Notes: generated by a model from the letters alone, not told the origin. DNA of 64,000 nt from an uncultured Acidobacteriaceae bacterium (GCA_963809865.1 CAWELL010000009.1:67263-131262); one strand, 5' to 3'. Positions 28,636-39,217 are shown, numbered from the stretch's first letter. Program-made: numbers and translations.

Positions 28636-31600
28636 TTAGGTCCCGCCCTGGTAGGCCTTCAGCGCGTCCTGATAGATGCCCTTGAGGTCGGCGCGATCCA
28701 GCAGGCGACCGACTCCGGGATCTTTGCTCACTGACTCCAGCAGCTTCACGGTATCGCGATATTGGAAGCCAAACTGTTTTTCCTTGCCGGTGACGGTTGC
28801 CAGTTGCCCCAGCAGATAGTGCGCCTGCGCCTGTTCGATGATCAGGCCAAGCTTATCGGCGCGATTCAACGCGCGATCCAATTCCTGCTCGGCAGGCTGC
28901 AGCTTCTTGGCGGCAAGCTGCGCCTCGGCAAGGTAGATCGAGGCCTGCACCGAGAGCGCCTTCAAACCCATGGCATCAGTTTCTACACCCAGCTTCTGCA
29001 GTGCCGGAATGGCTGCGGCGCCATGCCCCTGCATGACATCAAGGCGCGCCAATCCGAAGCGTGATACGGCAGCCTGCTCGCGATCTTTAGCGCGCGCCGC
29101 CACCGCGGCTGCTTTGTCATATTGCTGGCGCGCGTCGGCGAAGTTGCCCGCATACATATAGCTGTCGCCCAGCCAGTTCAGCGCAACGGCAAGGTAGTTG
29201 TCACTCTTAACTTCAGTAGCGAGATTTACCGCCTCCTGTAGTTTTTGTTGACCTTCCTCAGTCCGGCCCACCATCGACAAAACGTTGCCATAGCCGGCGA
29301 GCGCCGCCACCATCAAGTAGGTGCGATCATTGGCCGCCTGGAAACCTTTAACTGCATCTTCGTAGGACTTCAGGGCCCGGCTATATTGCCCCTGGGTGGC
29401 AAACAACTCTCCCAGGCTGGTGGACTCCAGTGCCACCTGTTCCTGGTCTCCTGCCGCGCGAGCGTTATCAATTCCCTTCAGGTACTGCGTGATCGCGACA
29501 TCGTACTGGCCCAACTTCACGTTGGTGTCGGCCAGGTTGTGCAGCGATTCGGCTATGCCGTCGGACTGTTTCAGCTTCTCCCGAATATCGTAGGACTGTT
29601 GATAGTAGGTCAGAGCCGCCTGATAGTTACCCAAGCCGTGCTCAGAGGTCCCGATATTATTCAGGCACTTAGCCTGGTTTGACGGATCACCCAAATCACG
29701 GAAACCGTTCAGCGCTTCGTTCAGGCTCTTCAACGCATCATCGTATTTCCCGTGATTGTTGTAGTACGCCCCCAGGTTCAGAAGGCTGAGAGCAATTCCT
29801 CCTTTGTCGCTGATGTTGCGTCGTATGTCGAGTGCCTCTTTCATGCTGGCGAGAGCGGCAGCGCTATCGCCCATCTGCTCCTGGATGTTAGAGATTTCTG
29901 CGAGGCTCGACGCCACTGAGCTCTGAAGATTCAGGGAGCGGGCAATGGCCAGCGAATCCTGGAAATTCTTCAAGGCCTCTTTCGGCTGATTGAGCTTGCC
30001 GTAAGCAATTCCTTCGGCCCGAAGGATTCTTGCCTTCAACGGCTCGTTGCCGGTGCGGGTCGCGAGGTTGTAGGCAGTGCTCAGAAATGCCAGACCGTCT
30101 TGCGGCTTGCCGGCTTCAATCTCAACCCGTCCACTGAGGTACAGGACGTCGGGATTGTTCTTATCGATCGACGTTACCTTCGCCAGCCTGGCGCGCGCCT
30201 CGTCGTATTTCCCCACGTTGTCATACAAAGTGGCGAGCGCAAATTGCGCGTCGGTGTCATCGGGATTGACCGCGGTCAACTTCTCGTAAGCGGCGATGCC
30301 TTTATCGGTATCGTTGGTGATAATCGCGTTGTTGGCCTGGATCAGGAACTTCTCGTTCTCCGGCAGGTTGTCGCTCAGGGTCACTGCCTGCCGCGATGCC
30401 AAGTCAGCCTTATCGTCAAAGCCCTGCGCGTGGTATGCCAGTCCGAGCTGCGAGAAGGCCAACGCGAAGGTCGGATCTTCCGCGGTGGCTTCTTCGAATT
30501 TTTTCGTCGCCTCGCCCAACTGGTTGGCACGCTGCAGTTGCAGCCCCTCGTTATAGGAACGTAGCGCGGGTACTGACTGGGTCAGGATGAAGGGAGCGCG
30601 CGACTGCAGTGCATCAAGCATCGCGGGATTAGTGGCGAGCTTGGCGCGCACATCTTGCGCGAGAGCGGAGATAGAAGCCAGCAGGTTCTTCTCGCCGGCG
30701 ACGTTGGTGTGAATCTCGGATTGCCGGTCACGCCTCAGGTCGTAAACCGTCGAGGTCACCTGAATCTGGTCCCCGATTTTCACGTACTTCCCGGTTACCA
30801 CCGTCTCCGCGTTAGTGAAGTCGGCGATGCGCTTGAGGGTCGAGAGATCGAGCTGCTGCTGCGCCGCGATGTTCAGGTCGCGAAGCACCTGTTGCAGACG
30901 GCTCTGCGAAACTAGCCGAACGCCTACTGACGGACCGATGTCAGCTCCCAACGTCTCCGACAAACTGGACGACAGCCAATCAAGGCTGGCATCACCCGAA
31001 GCGTTGTAGTAGGGGATGATGGCCAGCGACATCGTCGCCGCCGCCGCTCCGGCGCTCTGGCTGGTCAGACGTTTCTTGAAAGCGAAATATCCGCCGGTGC
31101 CCAGAACAGCGACCAGCACAGCGGTCGCGAGCGCCAGCCATTTGCGCGGAAACCCTGTTCCCCTTGTAATCGCAGGCTGCGGGATCGCGGGCGATGGAGC
31201 ACCTTCGGTAAGAGCTTCCCCGCTGAGCGCGCTCAGCCGGAGCGCCGACTGCCCTGCTCCCGATCGTGGCCGTTTGCCCTGCGCGACGTCGAGATCGTCA
31301 AGCAGTTCCTGTACCGATGAATACCGATTCTTGGAATCGCGCTCCAGGCACTTGGCGACGATGTGACTCACCGCCTGGGGCACGCTCGGATCGACTTCGT
31401 GTAGCGGCACAGCCCGCTCCTGGGTCCGCTTCACCAGGCTGGCGATGGCGCTCTCCGCGCGGTACGGCATATTGCCGGTGATGAGCTCGTAGAAAATCAG
31501 CCCGATGGCGAAGATATCGGAGCGCGCATCGAGATCGGAGCCCATCGCCTGCTCGGGCGACATGTACTCCATGGTGCCGATCATCATTCCGGTCTGGGTC

Positions 31601-32409
31601 ATGCCGTCGCCGGCGACGGTCTTTGCCAAACCGAAATCCATGATGACCACACGACCGGCGGCGTCGCGCATGATGTTGCTCGGCTTCAGGTCGCGGTGAA
31701 TCACGCCTTCCTGGTGTGCCGCTTGCAGTCCCGAACACGACTGGCGAATGATGCTGATGGCTTCGTCGGGCGTGAGCTTGCCTGCGCGCGTCAGGATGGT
31801 GCGCAAGTCCTCACCTTCGATGAACTCCATGGTGATGAACTTCACGCCCTCGGCTTCGCTTAGGTCGTAGATGCGGATGATGTTCTTGTGCGTGACCTGG
31901 CGCGCCAGTACCAACTCCTGCTTGAAGCGCGCAAGAATCGCGGGATTGCCGGCAAGATCAGGCCGGATAACTTTCAGCCCGACAGCGCGATCAACCTCAA
32001 GGTCATGAGCTTTGTAGACCGCGCCCATGCCTCCCATACCCAACAGGGCCTGGATCTCGTAGCGACCGCCCAGCACGCTTCCAACCTCGAAGATGGTGGC
32101 CCCGATGGAAGCGAAGACCTGCCTCGCGGCGCCGGAGCTGGGATCGCTCGGTTTGCGCGGCTCGGCTATGGTGGCGTCGTTGGAAGGATCGCTTTTGGGT
32201 TGGGCCGTAGACTTGGGCGAACGGGACAGCGGAACCGGCGAAAGGGCACCTTCAGGGAGTGTGGCCTCCAGGTCAGACTCAGTCCGAGGTAGTCCTTCGG
32301 AGTTCAGGGCCGCAGGCTGCTGCGCCGCCGAACTTTCCCCGCTGGAAACAGCGGTGCCTTCCCGTGCGCGCCGAGCCGCTCCCTCTGGATCCACCTTCAT
32401 GACTCCCAA
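28636..32409 (-). CDS. Ser/Thr protein kinase with transmembrane segment and long C-terminal TPR array
   Basis: 1257-aa ORF. The Hanks kinase motifs are GMGGMGAVYKA, HRDLKPSN, DFGLAK and MSPEQ. The TM helix is WLALATAVLVAVLGTGGYFAF. More than 15 TPR-like units follow. Confidence 0.9.
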   Translation of the reverse strand: MGVMKVDPEGAARRAREGTAVSSGESSAAQQPAALNSEGLPRTESDLEATLPEGALSPVPLSRSPKSTAQPKSDPSNDATIAEPRKPSDPSSGAARQVFASIGATIFEVGSVLGGRYEIQALLGMGGMGAVYKAHDLEVDRAVGLKVIRPDLAGNPAILARFKQELVLARQVTHKNIIRIYDLSEAEGVKFITMEFIEGEDLRTILTRAGKLTPDEAISIIRQSCSGLQAAHQEGVIHRDLKPSNIMRDAAGRVVIMDFGLAKTVAGDGMTQTGMMIGTMEYMSPEQAMGSDLDARSDIFAIGLIFYELITGNMPYRAESAIASLVKRTQERAVPLHEVDPSVPQAVSHIVAKCLERDSKNRYSSVQELLDDLDVAQGKRPRSGAGQSALRLSALSGEALTEGAPSPAIPQPAITRGTGFPRKWLALATAVLVAVLGTGGYFAFKKRLTSQSAGAAAATMSLAIIPYYNASGDASLDWLSSSLSETLGADIGPSVGVRLVSQSRLQQVLRDLNIAAQQQLDLSTLKRIADFTNAETVVTGKYVKIGDQIQVTSTVYDLRRDRQSEIHTNVAGEKNLLASISALAQDVRAKLATNPAMLDALQSRAPFILTQSVPALRSYNEGLQLQRANQLGEATKKFEEATAEDPTFALAFSQLGLAYHAQGFDDKADLASRQAVTLSDNLPENEKFLIQANNAIITNDTDKGIAAYEKLTAVNPDDTDAQFALATLYDNVGKYDEARARLAKVTSIDKNNPDVLYLSGRVEIEAGKPQDGLAFLSTAYNLATRTGNEPLKARILRAEGIAYGKLNQPKEALKNFQDSLAIARSLNLQSSVASSLAEISNIQEQMGDSAAALASMKEALDIRRNISDKGGIALSLLNLGAYYNNHGKYDDALKSLNEALNGFRDLGDPSNQAKCLNNIGTSEHGLGNYQAALTYYQQSYDIREKLKQSDGIAESLHNLADTNVKLGQYDVAITQYLKGIDNARAAGDQEQVALESTSLGELFATQGQYSRALKSYEDAVKGFQAANDRTYLMVAALAGYGNVLSMVGRTEEGQQKLQEAVNLATEVKSDNYLAVALNWLGDSYMYAGNFADARQQYDKAAAVAARAKDREQAAVSRFGLARLDVMQGHGAAAIPALQKLGVETDAMGLKALSVQASIYLAEAQLAAKKLQPAEQELDRALNRADKLGLIIEQAQAHYLLGQLATVTGKEKQFGFQYRDTVKLLESVSKDPGVGRLLDRADLKGIYQDALKAYQGGT

Positions 32410-32695
32410 ACAGCCTCGGCGGTTGACAGAGTTAGACTTATTGAAAGCCTGCCACCCACCTGGTTATCAGAGAGTATACCTTTGTTTCTGAATTTTCGGA
32501 TATAGATGGCCGAAAATGGCGACCTGGAACCATCCGGATAAAAGCTCTGCATTACAACCCGTCCTGGGATGGCGTTCAATTTCCAGTGCATAAATGCGTC
32601 GGCCTCACCGAACTGCCACGGGAATTCCAGGTTACCCCACGCTCGTCGGGTAACCGCGAATCCACAGAGCACCTCAAATCACCTAATATCGTATC

Positions 32696-34213
32696 GTGTC
32701 CCAAACCAACTTTGAACTGAACTTCGCCACTCGGCGCCAGCTCGGCTACGAGTTGATTGACCTCATCAACGAGTACTTTGAGTCGCTGCCCACGCGCCCG
32801 GTACAAGTGCCCCTTGCAGAACGATCGTTCGAGCCGCTGCGCGATGCCATGCCGGAGACCGGCATTCTTGAGCACTCCGCCGGCCATTGCGCTATGAACG
32901 GCAACGCTCACGAAGAGCTGACAGCTTTTTTGCGCCAGACCGCGCAGGAGATGATCGATCGTGGATTTCATCTTGGCTCGGCCAACTATTTCGGCTTGAT
33001 GAATCCCACTCCGACCTATGCCGGTGTCCTGGCGGAGGCGCTGGTCGCGGCGCTTAATCCGCAGTTGGCGACCACCGGACGTTCGCAGCTCGCCATCAAG
33101 ATCGAGGCCGAAACCATTCGCTGGATCGGGGAACGTTTTGGATGGCAGCAGCCCTTTGACGGCTCGTTCACCAGCGGCGGCAACGAAGCGAACTTCAGCG
33201 CGCTGGCGCTGTCGCTGGCCACGCACTTCCCGCAAGCGATAGAGGACGGGGTGGCATCCATCGGTGCGCAGCCTGTCGTCTACGCGTCGGCCGAGTCGCA
33301 TCATTCGCTCGATAAGTCGGTTGGCCTGCTGGGATTAGGCCGCAAGGCGCTTAGCCGCATCCCGCTGAACCAACGCTGCGCCATGGATGTCCTCGCGCTG
33401 GAGCAGGCAATCGCGGCGGATCGGCGTGCCGGGCGAAAACCATTCTGCGTAGTCGCAACCGCCGGCACGACAAACTCCGGCATCATCGATGCTATTCCAG
33501 CGATTGCCGACTTGTGCGAACGCGAAGGACTGTGGCTTCATCTCGACGGCGCGTATGGTGCGGCGGTGACGTTCAGTGATACCTACCGTCACCTGGTGAG
33601 CGGCATCGAGCGCTGCGACTCAGTGACCATCGATCCGCACAAGTGGCTGGCCGTTCCTTTCGTCGCAGGGATTATCCTCACGCGGCGTCCGCAAGCCATG
33701 CAGGCAGCTTTTGGCGTGACTACACCTTATATGCCCAAACCGGTTCCGGGCGTGGCGCTCGACAACTTCAAAGTCTCAATGCAATGGACGCGGCGCATGA
33801 ACTCGCTCAAGCTGTGGCTCACCCTCCAGATACACGGGCGCGCGGCTTACCAGAGGTTCATCGACAGCCAAATGGAGCTGGCGAGTGAGTTCGCATCATG
33901 GATTGGATCCAGCGACGTGTTTGAATTGGCTACTCCGCAGGTCTTACCCATTCTGAATCTTCGACTGAAGAACGCGGGCGAGGGTGATGAACTGGCTCAG
34001 GCCCACATCGACTTGGTCGATCGCGTCACCCGCGACGGCAGCCGCTGGATCTCCGAAACCCGGGTTGCCGGACGGAGCGTCATTCGCATCATGATCGTCA
34101 GCTATCTCACCGGCCAGCCACAGATCGAGGAATTGCAGAGGGCCCTGCTGGACGCAACAAAAATGCCCCTCTTACGAGGGGCGGAGGTAGGTTCAGGAGA
34201 GAGAGGACGATGA
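32696..34213 (+). CDS. pyridoxal-phosphate-dependent (group II) amino-acid decarboxylase
   Basis: 505-aa ORF with a GTG start. It has GGNEANFSAL, HLDGAYGAA and SVTIDPHKWLAVPF (PLP-lysine motif). Confidence 0.8.
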   Translation: MSQTNFELNFATRRQLGYELIDLINEYFESLPTRPVQVPLAERSFEPLRDAMPETGILEHSAGHCAMNGNAHEELTAFLRQTAQEMIDRGFHLGSANYFGLMNPTPTYAGVLAEALVAALNPQLATTGRSQLAIKIEAETIRWIGERFGWQQPFDGSFTSGGNEANFSALALSLATHFPQAIEDGVASIGAQPVVYASAESHHSLDKSVGLLGLGRKALSRIPLNQRCAMDVLALEQAIAADRRAGRKPFCVVATAGTTNSGIIDAIPAIADLCEREGLWLHLDGAYGAAVTFSDTYRHLVSGIERCDSVTIDPHKWLAVPFVAGIILTRRPQAMQAAFGVTTPYMPKPVPGVALDNFKVSMQWTRRMNSLKLWLTLQIHGRAAYQRFIDSQMELASEFASWIGSSDVFELATPQVLPILNLRLKNAGEGDELAQAHIDLVDRVTRDGSRWISETRVAGRSVIRIMIVSYLTGQPQIEELQRALLDATKMPLLRGAEVGSGERGR

Positions 34214-34217
34214 GAGC

Positions 34218-34730
34218 TTATTTGGCAAGCAGTTCACGCAGCCGCAGGCGGCCCTGGTGCAGACCGAGGCGCGATTCACGCTCAGTGATGCCGAGCAGGC
34301 GTCCAATTCGGTCATGGTCGTAACCTTCCAGATCGTGCATGAGGAAAATGAGCTTTTCAGTGGGTGGCAATTCAATAACGGCGATTTCCAGATCAGTGCG
34401 AAGAATGTTGCTGCGCACGTTGCGAACTTCCGTAGACGGTACGCAGTCCAATGTGAAGACCGGAATGTCGAACAACTTCCCAAGCTCGCCCATCAATGCG
34501 CGATCGATCTCGTCAGCACTCGGGCAAGAGGTCGCCACGAACGCAGCGCGGAACGCGTCGCTCATCAGATCCTCAGCCGCTAGTTCATTGCCCGTCATCC
34601 AAAAGGCCACGGCATAAACGCGATGGCGATTGCGCTCAAAAATCTCTCGGCGCTGCGGGACAGCAACGATTGCTTCAGGCGAAAATCCAGTGATCTGAGT
34701 ATGGGTAACTTCCTGCATGGTGTTCAACAT
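34218..34730 (-). CDS. ECF-type RNA polymerase sigma-70 family factor
   Basis: ORF 34218..34925 trimmed to ATG 34730 (AGGAGGG RBS 7 nt upstream). The region 2-like segment is IFERNRHRVYAVAFWMTGNELAAEDLMSDAF. The region 4 segment is LPPTEKLIFLMHDLEGYDHDRIGRLLGITERESRLGLHQGRLRLR. Confidence 0.75.
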   Translation of the reverse strand: MLNTMQEVTHTQITGFSPEAIVAVPQRREIFERNRHRVYAVAFWMTGNELAAEDLMSDAFRAAFVATSCPSADEIDRALMGELGKLFDIPVFTLDCVPSTEVRNVRSNILRTDLEIAVIELPPTEKLIFLMHDLEGYDHDRIGRLLGITERESRLGLHQGRLRLRELLAK

Positions 34731-35214
34731 CACGAGCCCTCCTAGGAAATGTTGCAGCTTTGAGAATGGCCGAACAGTGAGAGATGCGGTTCCTGCTAAA
34801 CTCTGACTTGGAATCATGCTCGCGCCGCTCACACTCTCCACAATGCAATCGCGCTGCCCAACGCGGTGACGGGAGTTGGAAAACCGGGAGGAGCGCTGTA
34901 AGCCATTGAAAATGCAATAGAACAATCGCTAAGCAGGATTGATAGATGGCCCAAAAGAACTAGGGCATTGGAACTAGTTATTGACGAAAGCGTCGAAACT
35001 GGGGTGCAGCATGCCTCTAGTTGGTATCGGCGTACCACTCTCCGATAAACCCGGAATGTAGATTTGACCTTTCGCGTGGAGGTTCAGCCATGATGGGTGG
35101 GTGGTTCGAAAATAAATGTATGTCGATCGTGCAGGACTGGTCGTCCAATTTAGCCGATGGGTATGGTAGGTCGGCGAGTAGAATGCAACTCACGCAGAGC
35201 TGGTGAGAGTAGCT

Positions 35215-36327
35215 ATGACAGCCGAGCCCATATTGATTCTCGACGATGAAGAAGGGGTACGGACGGCAGTAGCGGACGTTTTGCATTCGGCCGCCTATTC
35301 TGTCGAGCAGGCGTCCTCCGTCGAAGCCGCCATACCAATGCTTGCCAGCAAAAGCTGGGCGCTCATCCTCTCTGACCTGGTCATGCCGGGAACCAATGGG
35401 CTCACCCTCCTGGAGTACGCACAGCGCCACCATCACGATGTTCCGGTTGTAATGGTCACAGGGGTCAACGATATTTCCGTGGCCCTGGAAGCCATGCGCA
35501 TGGGCGCGTATGACTACCTGCTCAAGCCATTTCAGCGCGAGCAGCTTCTGGCGGTCGTGGCCAGGGCGATAGAGAAGCGCCGACTAGAGATGGAAAATCT
35601 CGCCTATAAGAACGAGTTGGAGTCCCTGGTCAAAGCCAGAACGGACCTGCTAGACGGAACCACGGCGGATCTAAAGCGCGCGCTGGCCGATCGTGAGCGT
35701 GCGATGGCTGAGTTGGAACGCTCTTACGACATTACCCTCGAGGCACTGGGCAATGCCCTCGATCTGAAAGACGCCGAAACCGAAGGCCACTCCAGGCGCG
35801 TCACCGCGTTTACCATGGCTATCGCTCACGCTTTGGGCCTGCCGGACGAGCGACGCAAGGTAATCGGCCGCGGCGCTTTTTTGCACGACATCGGAAAGAT
35901 GGCAATACCGGATGCGATCCTCCGCAAACCGGGACGGCTTACTGCCGAAGAGCAAGCAGTCATGCGCGAGCACTGTCTGCTCGGCTATCAGATGCTGCGC
36001 AAGATTCCCTTCCTGCATGAACCGGCGGAGATTGTGTACTCCCACCAGGAGCATTTCGACGGCAGCGGCTATCCGCGAGGTCTGCGAGGCGAGCAAATCC
36101 ATCTGGGAGCGCGCGTGTTTGCGGTAGCCGACGCGTTCGATGCCATCACCTCGGATCGCCCGTACCGTGCAGCTCAATCGATGCCGTCGGCCCGCCGCGA
36201 AATCGAAAAGCATTCAGGAAGCCAGTTCGATCCCAACGTGGTCAGCATTTTTCTGTCGATACCGAACGAATTCTGGGTGAAGTTGCGCGATCAGATCAGT
36301 GACCACGGCCGTGGAAGGCGCACTTAG
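35215..36327 (+). CDS. response regulator with HD-GYP phosphodiesterase output domain
   Basis: The REC domain is ILILDDEEGV...LILSDLVMPG. The HD-GYP domain is GHSRRVT...FLHDIGKMAIPD...HQEHFDGSGYPRGL. ATG 35215 is preferred over the track's GTG 35203. Confidence 0.85.
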   Translation: MTAEPILILDDEEGVRTAVADVLHSAAYSVEQASSVEAAIPMLASKSWALILSDLVMPGTNGLTLLEYAQRHHHDVPVVMVTGVNDISVALEAMRMGAYDYLLKPFQREQLLAVVARAIEKRRLEMENLAYKNELESLVKARTDLLDGTTADLKRALADRERAMAELERSYDITLEALGNALDLKDAETEGHSRRVTAFTMAIAHALGLPDERRKVIGRGAFLHDIGKMAIPDAILRKPGRLTAEEQAVMREHCLLGYQMLRKIPFLHEPAEIVYSHQEHFDGSGYPRGLRGEQIHLGARVFAVADAFDAITSDRPYRAAQSMPSARREIEKHSGSQFDPNVVSIFLSIPNEFWVKLRDQISDHGRGRRT

Positions 36328-36406
36328 GCGAGCCGAGGTACGACCGACCAGTAATCATCCCATCCCATTTGACAATTTCCGATATCATTCCTCGTCGGAG
36401 GGGTGC

Positions 36407-36694
36407 ATGAGTACTGTGCTGAGCGGAACGGAATTACAGCAGGCAATTCAAAGTCTTTCGGGCTGGGGTGTGCAGGGCAACACCATCGAGCGGGTCTTCG
36501 AATTCCCTAATTTCGTGGAAGCCATGGGATTCGTGAATCGCATTGCCGAGGCTGCTGAGGCCGTTAATCATCATCCTGATATCGCCATCAACTACAACAA
36601 GGTGAAACTGTCGCTCACCTCGCATGACTCAGGAGGGGTAACCCAGCGCGACCTGCGCATGGCGGGCAAGATCAACGAGCTCACCGCGGGATAA
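36407..36694 (+). CDS. 4a-hydroxytetrahydrobiopterin (pterin-4-alpha-carbinolamine) dehydratase
   Basis: ORF trimmed to MSTVLSGTELQQAIQSLSGW. It has FEFPNFVEAMGFVNRIAEAAEAVNHHPDIAINYNKVKLSLTSHD, which is canonical PCD. GGAGGGG RBS. Confidence 0.85.
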   Translation: MSTVLSGTELQQAIQSLSGWGVQGNTIERVFEFPNFVEAMGFVNRIAEAAEAVNHHPDIAINYNKVKLSLTSHDSGGVTQRDLRMAGKINELTAG

Positions 36695-36737
36695 AGAATA
36701 AATGCCCCAAGCACCTTGCCGTGGTTGAGGAGGAACA

Positions 36738-37730
36738 ATGTCATTCCAGAAGTTAGTGACTGCGCTCATACTGCCAGTACTGTTTGCAATCGCCGTTCAC
36801 GCAGACACCACCATATACGACGATCCGACAGACTTCTTCGCTGCAACCGGGACAAGAATCACGGACAACTACACTAATACGGGGTACCTGTACGCGCAGT
36901 CTGATGCCTACATGAGTGGGGTGTTGGGGGAGACCACATACCAAACCACCTCATGGCCGAACAGTGATTATGTCTTTCAACCTAATCCCGTGTACGGTCG
37001 AACGCAATACGGTCGAGCTTATTGCGGCGGCTGCAATGGAGGCTTCATTCTCGGTTTCACATCTACGAGCCTCGGCACTTCCTTAGGCGTGTACGGTGTT
37101 GGATTCTGGGTTTTCCAGAACGACCAGGAGATTCCGGCCTACGACCTTATAACTTTTGGCGATGGCAGCACGGATCTTCTCCCCATGCCGAGGGGTCTTC
37201 CGGCAGGATATTTCGGTATCACTTCGGACAAGTTGATTAAAGAAATGCAGATCGTCGATCCTAACGGTCACGTTCCACCGCACTCTGAGTTTGCTTTCGC
37301 AATCCAGGCGCTGACGATCGCGGCGCCGGTCCCAGAGCCAGGCAGCTTGGCGCTGCTGTTAACGGGATTAGTGGGGGGAGTCGGCTATGGTCGGCGAAAA
37401 ATTGGACCTCGCCCTTCAACGTGTGCTTCAGAGCACGGCAAATTTTATCGACCCATGTTCGTCCGCGGTTGCAGCGATTCGGCAAGACCCGTCAAAGCCT
37501 CTTGCAGACGATGCAACTCGGCCTCTGCCGTGTCGTTCCACTCTAACAGGCCTTCAGAATTCCGGCGAATATTACTGGCGATCCATCGCAGGGCCCGGCG
37601 GCCGGACTCACTGAATAGAAACACTCCCAATCCCCCGATACCTGCAACCGTCAACGGAAGGTACCATTTGCGCATCGTGACCTCTGGTCCCGGCCGACTA
37701 TCGGCTATGACCAGCAACTTACCTCTTTGA
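36738..37730 (+). CDS. PEP-CTERM-motif secreted protein with an anomalous ~105-aa extension past the sorting signal
   Basis: It has the signal peptide MSFQKLVTALILPVLFAIAVHA and the sorting motif VPEPGSLALLLTGLVGGVGYGRRK at aa 198-221. No stop follows the basic cluster. The frame stays open to 37730 across an opposite-strand gene. Confidence 0.6.
   Translation: MSFQKLVTALILPVLFAIAVHADTTIYDDPTDFFAATGTRITDNYTNTGYLYAQSDAYMSGVLGETTYQTTSWPNSDYVFQPNPVYGRTQYGRAYCGGCNGGFILGFTSTSLGTSLGVYGVGFWVFQNDQEIPAYDLITFGDGSTDLLPMPRGLPAGYFGITSDKLIKEMQIVDPNGHVPPHSEFAFAIQALTIAAPVPEPGSLALLLTGLVGGVGYGRRKIGPRPSTCASEHGKFYRPMFVRGCSDSARPVKASCRRCNSASAVSFHSNRPSEFRRILLAIHRRARRPDSLNRNTPNPPIPATVNGRYHLRIVTSGPGRLSAMTSNLPL
37445..37675 (-). 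CDS. small membrane-anchored coiled-coil protein (YtxH-like appearance)
   Basis: ORF 37445..37744 trimmed to MRKWYLPLTVAGIGGLGVFLFSESGRRALRWI. It has an amphipathic C-terminal helix, AEAELHRLQEALTGLAESL. It is fully antisense to the tail of the PEP-CTERM ORF. Confidence 0.5.
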   Translation of the reverse strand: MRKWYLPLTVAGIGGLGVFLFSESGRRALRWIASNIRRNSEGLLEWNDTAEAELHRLQEALTGLAESLQPRTNMGR

Positions 37731-37864
37731 TCGTCATTTTCCAATGGTTAGATGACCGCAAACTGATAACGAATGAGGGTCGTCCACATGCGGTGCCGAT
37801 GGGAGTAACTTGGGTTTTCACCCAAGATGTCCAGTGTTTGTTGGGTCGGGCTAGCAAGGCAGGA

Positions 37865-38179
37865 TCACAGGCCCCCGTGGAATCGTGCGAACGCGTGGGC
37901 AAGCATGAGCGACATGATGAGGATGCCCGTCCCGAGAACGAGAGCGTGCTGGGTCTTGCGGAGATTAAAGCTGCCCACCCGACAGACCAGCAGGTAGCCG
38001 ACGGCGAGGTTGAAGAGGCCCCAGAGGACATTGACGGTTGCGGAGGACATGCCTACCCCGGGCGGTGATGCAAAGGGACTCTGGAAGGCGTGCCCCGAGA
38101 TTCCGTTGCCGAGATGAGGCAGGGCGTTCGCCAGGAATGCGCCCCCGAAAAAATAGGCCACGTAGTGATACCAGCGCAT
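37865..38179 (-). CDS. small integral membrane protein, unknown function
   Basis: 104-aa ORF with 3-4 hydrophobic helices (YHYVAYFFGGAFLANALPHL, VNVLWGLFNLAVGYLLV, LVLGTGILIMSLMLAHAF). Confidence 0.55.
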   Translation of the reverse strand: MRWYHYVAYFFGGAFLANALPHLGNGISGHAFQSPFASPPGVGMSSATVNVLWGLFNLAVGYLLVCRVGSFNLRKTQHALVLGTGILIMSLMLAHAFARFHGGL

Positions 38180-38415
38180 CGAAGCTCCCTTCTGACTGCG
38201 AACCCGATGGTAGCCCAGACAGGTCAGAAACTAAAACGCTATAAAACAACAATTAGCCTTTGTTGATCCGAGGACGGCTTGTGCCGCTCTGCTCGTCAAA
38301 ACAGCAGCGGTGGCAAACTATCACCTGCTCGACTATGATTCGACCGGGCGAGGCGGTCGAGCTTCAGCGAGCTTGCTCCGCTCACTGTCACACATCACGC
38401 CCGTCTGAGTACATC

Positions 38416-39156
38416 ATGCAAGAACACAAATTGTGGTTGAGGTTGTTTCTAGCGCTCACTACGATCTTCATCGCAGCATCCGGTATGGCGCAGGAACGCA
38501 CACGCGAAGTGATTCCGAACACGGTGCTGGTGGGAGCCGACGGGAAGTTTGAAGCCGATCCGGATACGGTGCTGGTGCAGTTCAACATCTCCGCGCAGAA
38601 TGAGTCGCTCCAGGCGGCGAGTGACCGCGCTAAACAAGCGGCAGAACAGGTGCGCGACCTGCTTCGCAAGAACGGACTGGATCCCAAACTGGCGCAGATT
38701 GGCCAGTTCGTCGTCTCACCCGTATATGACTACAAGAACCCGAAGCGTAAACTGGTGGGCTATCGGGTGAACAGCAGCATCAGTATCAAGTTCAAGGACT
38801 TCGCCAAGGTAGGCCCGCTCACCAACGATCTCTTCGGTCTCGATGTCACCGACAGCCAGTCGGTGAGCTACATCCTGGAGGACATGGATGCCGCCAAGGT
38901 GAAAGCTGTTGAAGACGCAATGCGCAAGACCCGGCAGTTGGCGCAAGCCGTCGCGCAGAGCAGCAGCCATGCCTTAGGCCTCTTGTCCTACGCCTCGGTG
39001 GACGTGTCTGAGCCGGGGCCCATCATTCGTCCTATGATGAAAGCTTCGCCAATGGCGTTCGGAGCGTCCGCGCCGCCTCCGGCCCCCACCGAGGAGTTCA
39101 CGCCGCAGAAGATAACGGTAAACTCCCACGTCAATGCGCTTTACAATCTGCAATAG
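38416..39156 (+). CDS. SIMPL (DUF541) domain periplasmic protein
   Basis: ORF trimmed to MQEHKLWLRLFLALTTIFIAASGMAQ. The pattern VQFNISAQNESLQAASDRAKQAAEQVRDLL...GYRVNSSISIKFKDF...AMRKTRQLAQAVA is typical of the SIMPL family. Confidence 0.75.
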   Translation: MQEHKLWLRLFLALTTIFIAASGMAQERTREVIPNTVLVGADGKFEADPDTVLVQFNISAQNESLQAASDRAKQAAEQVRDLLRKNGLDPKLAQIGQFVVSPVYDYKNPKRKLVGYRVNSSISIKFKDFAKVGPLTNDLFGLDVTDSQSVSYILEDMDAAKVKAVEDAMRKTRQLAQAVAQSSSHALGLLSYASVDVSEPGPIIRPMMKASPMAFGASAPPPAPTEEFTPQKITVNSHVNALYNLQ

Positions 39157-39217
39157 CGCGACTTCGTCCGGCTTCTTGCGTTCTAAGAGCTGAAGACACG
39201 ATTCATTGGAGAGGGTT

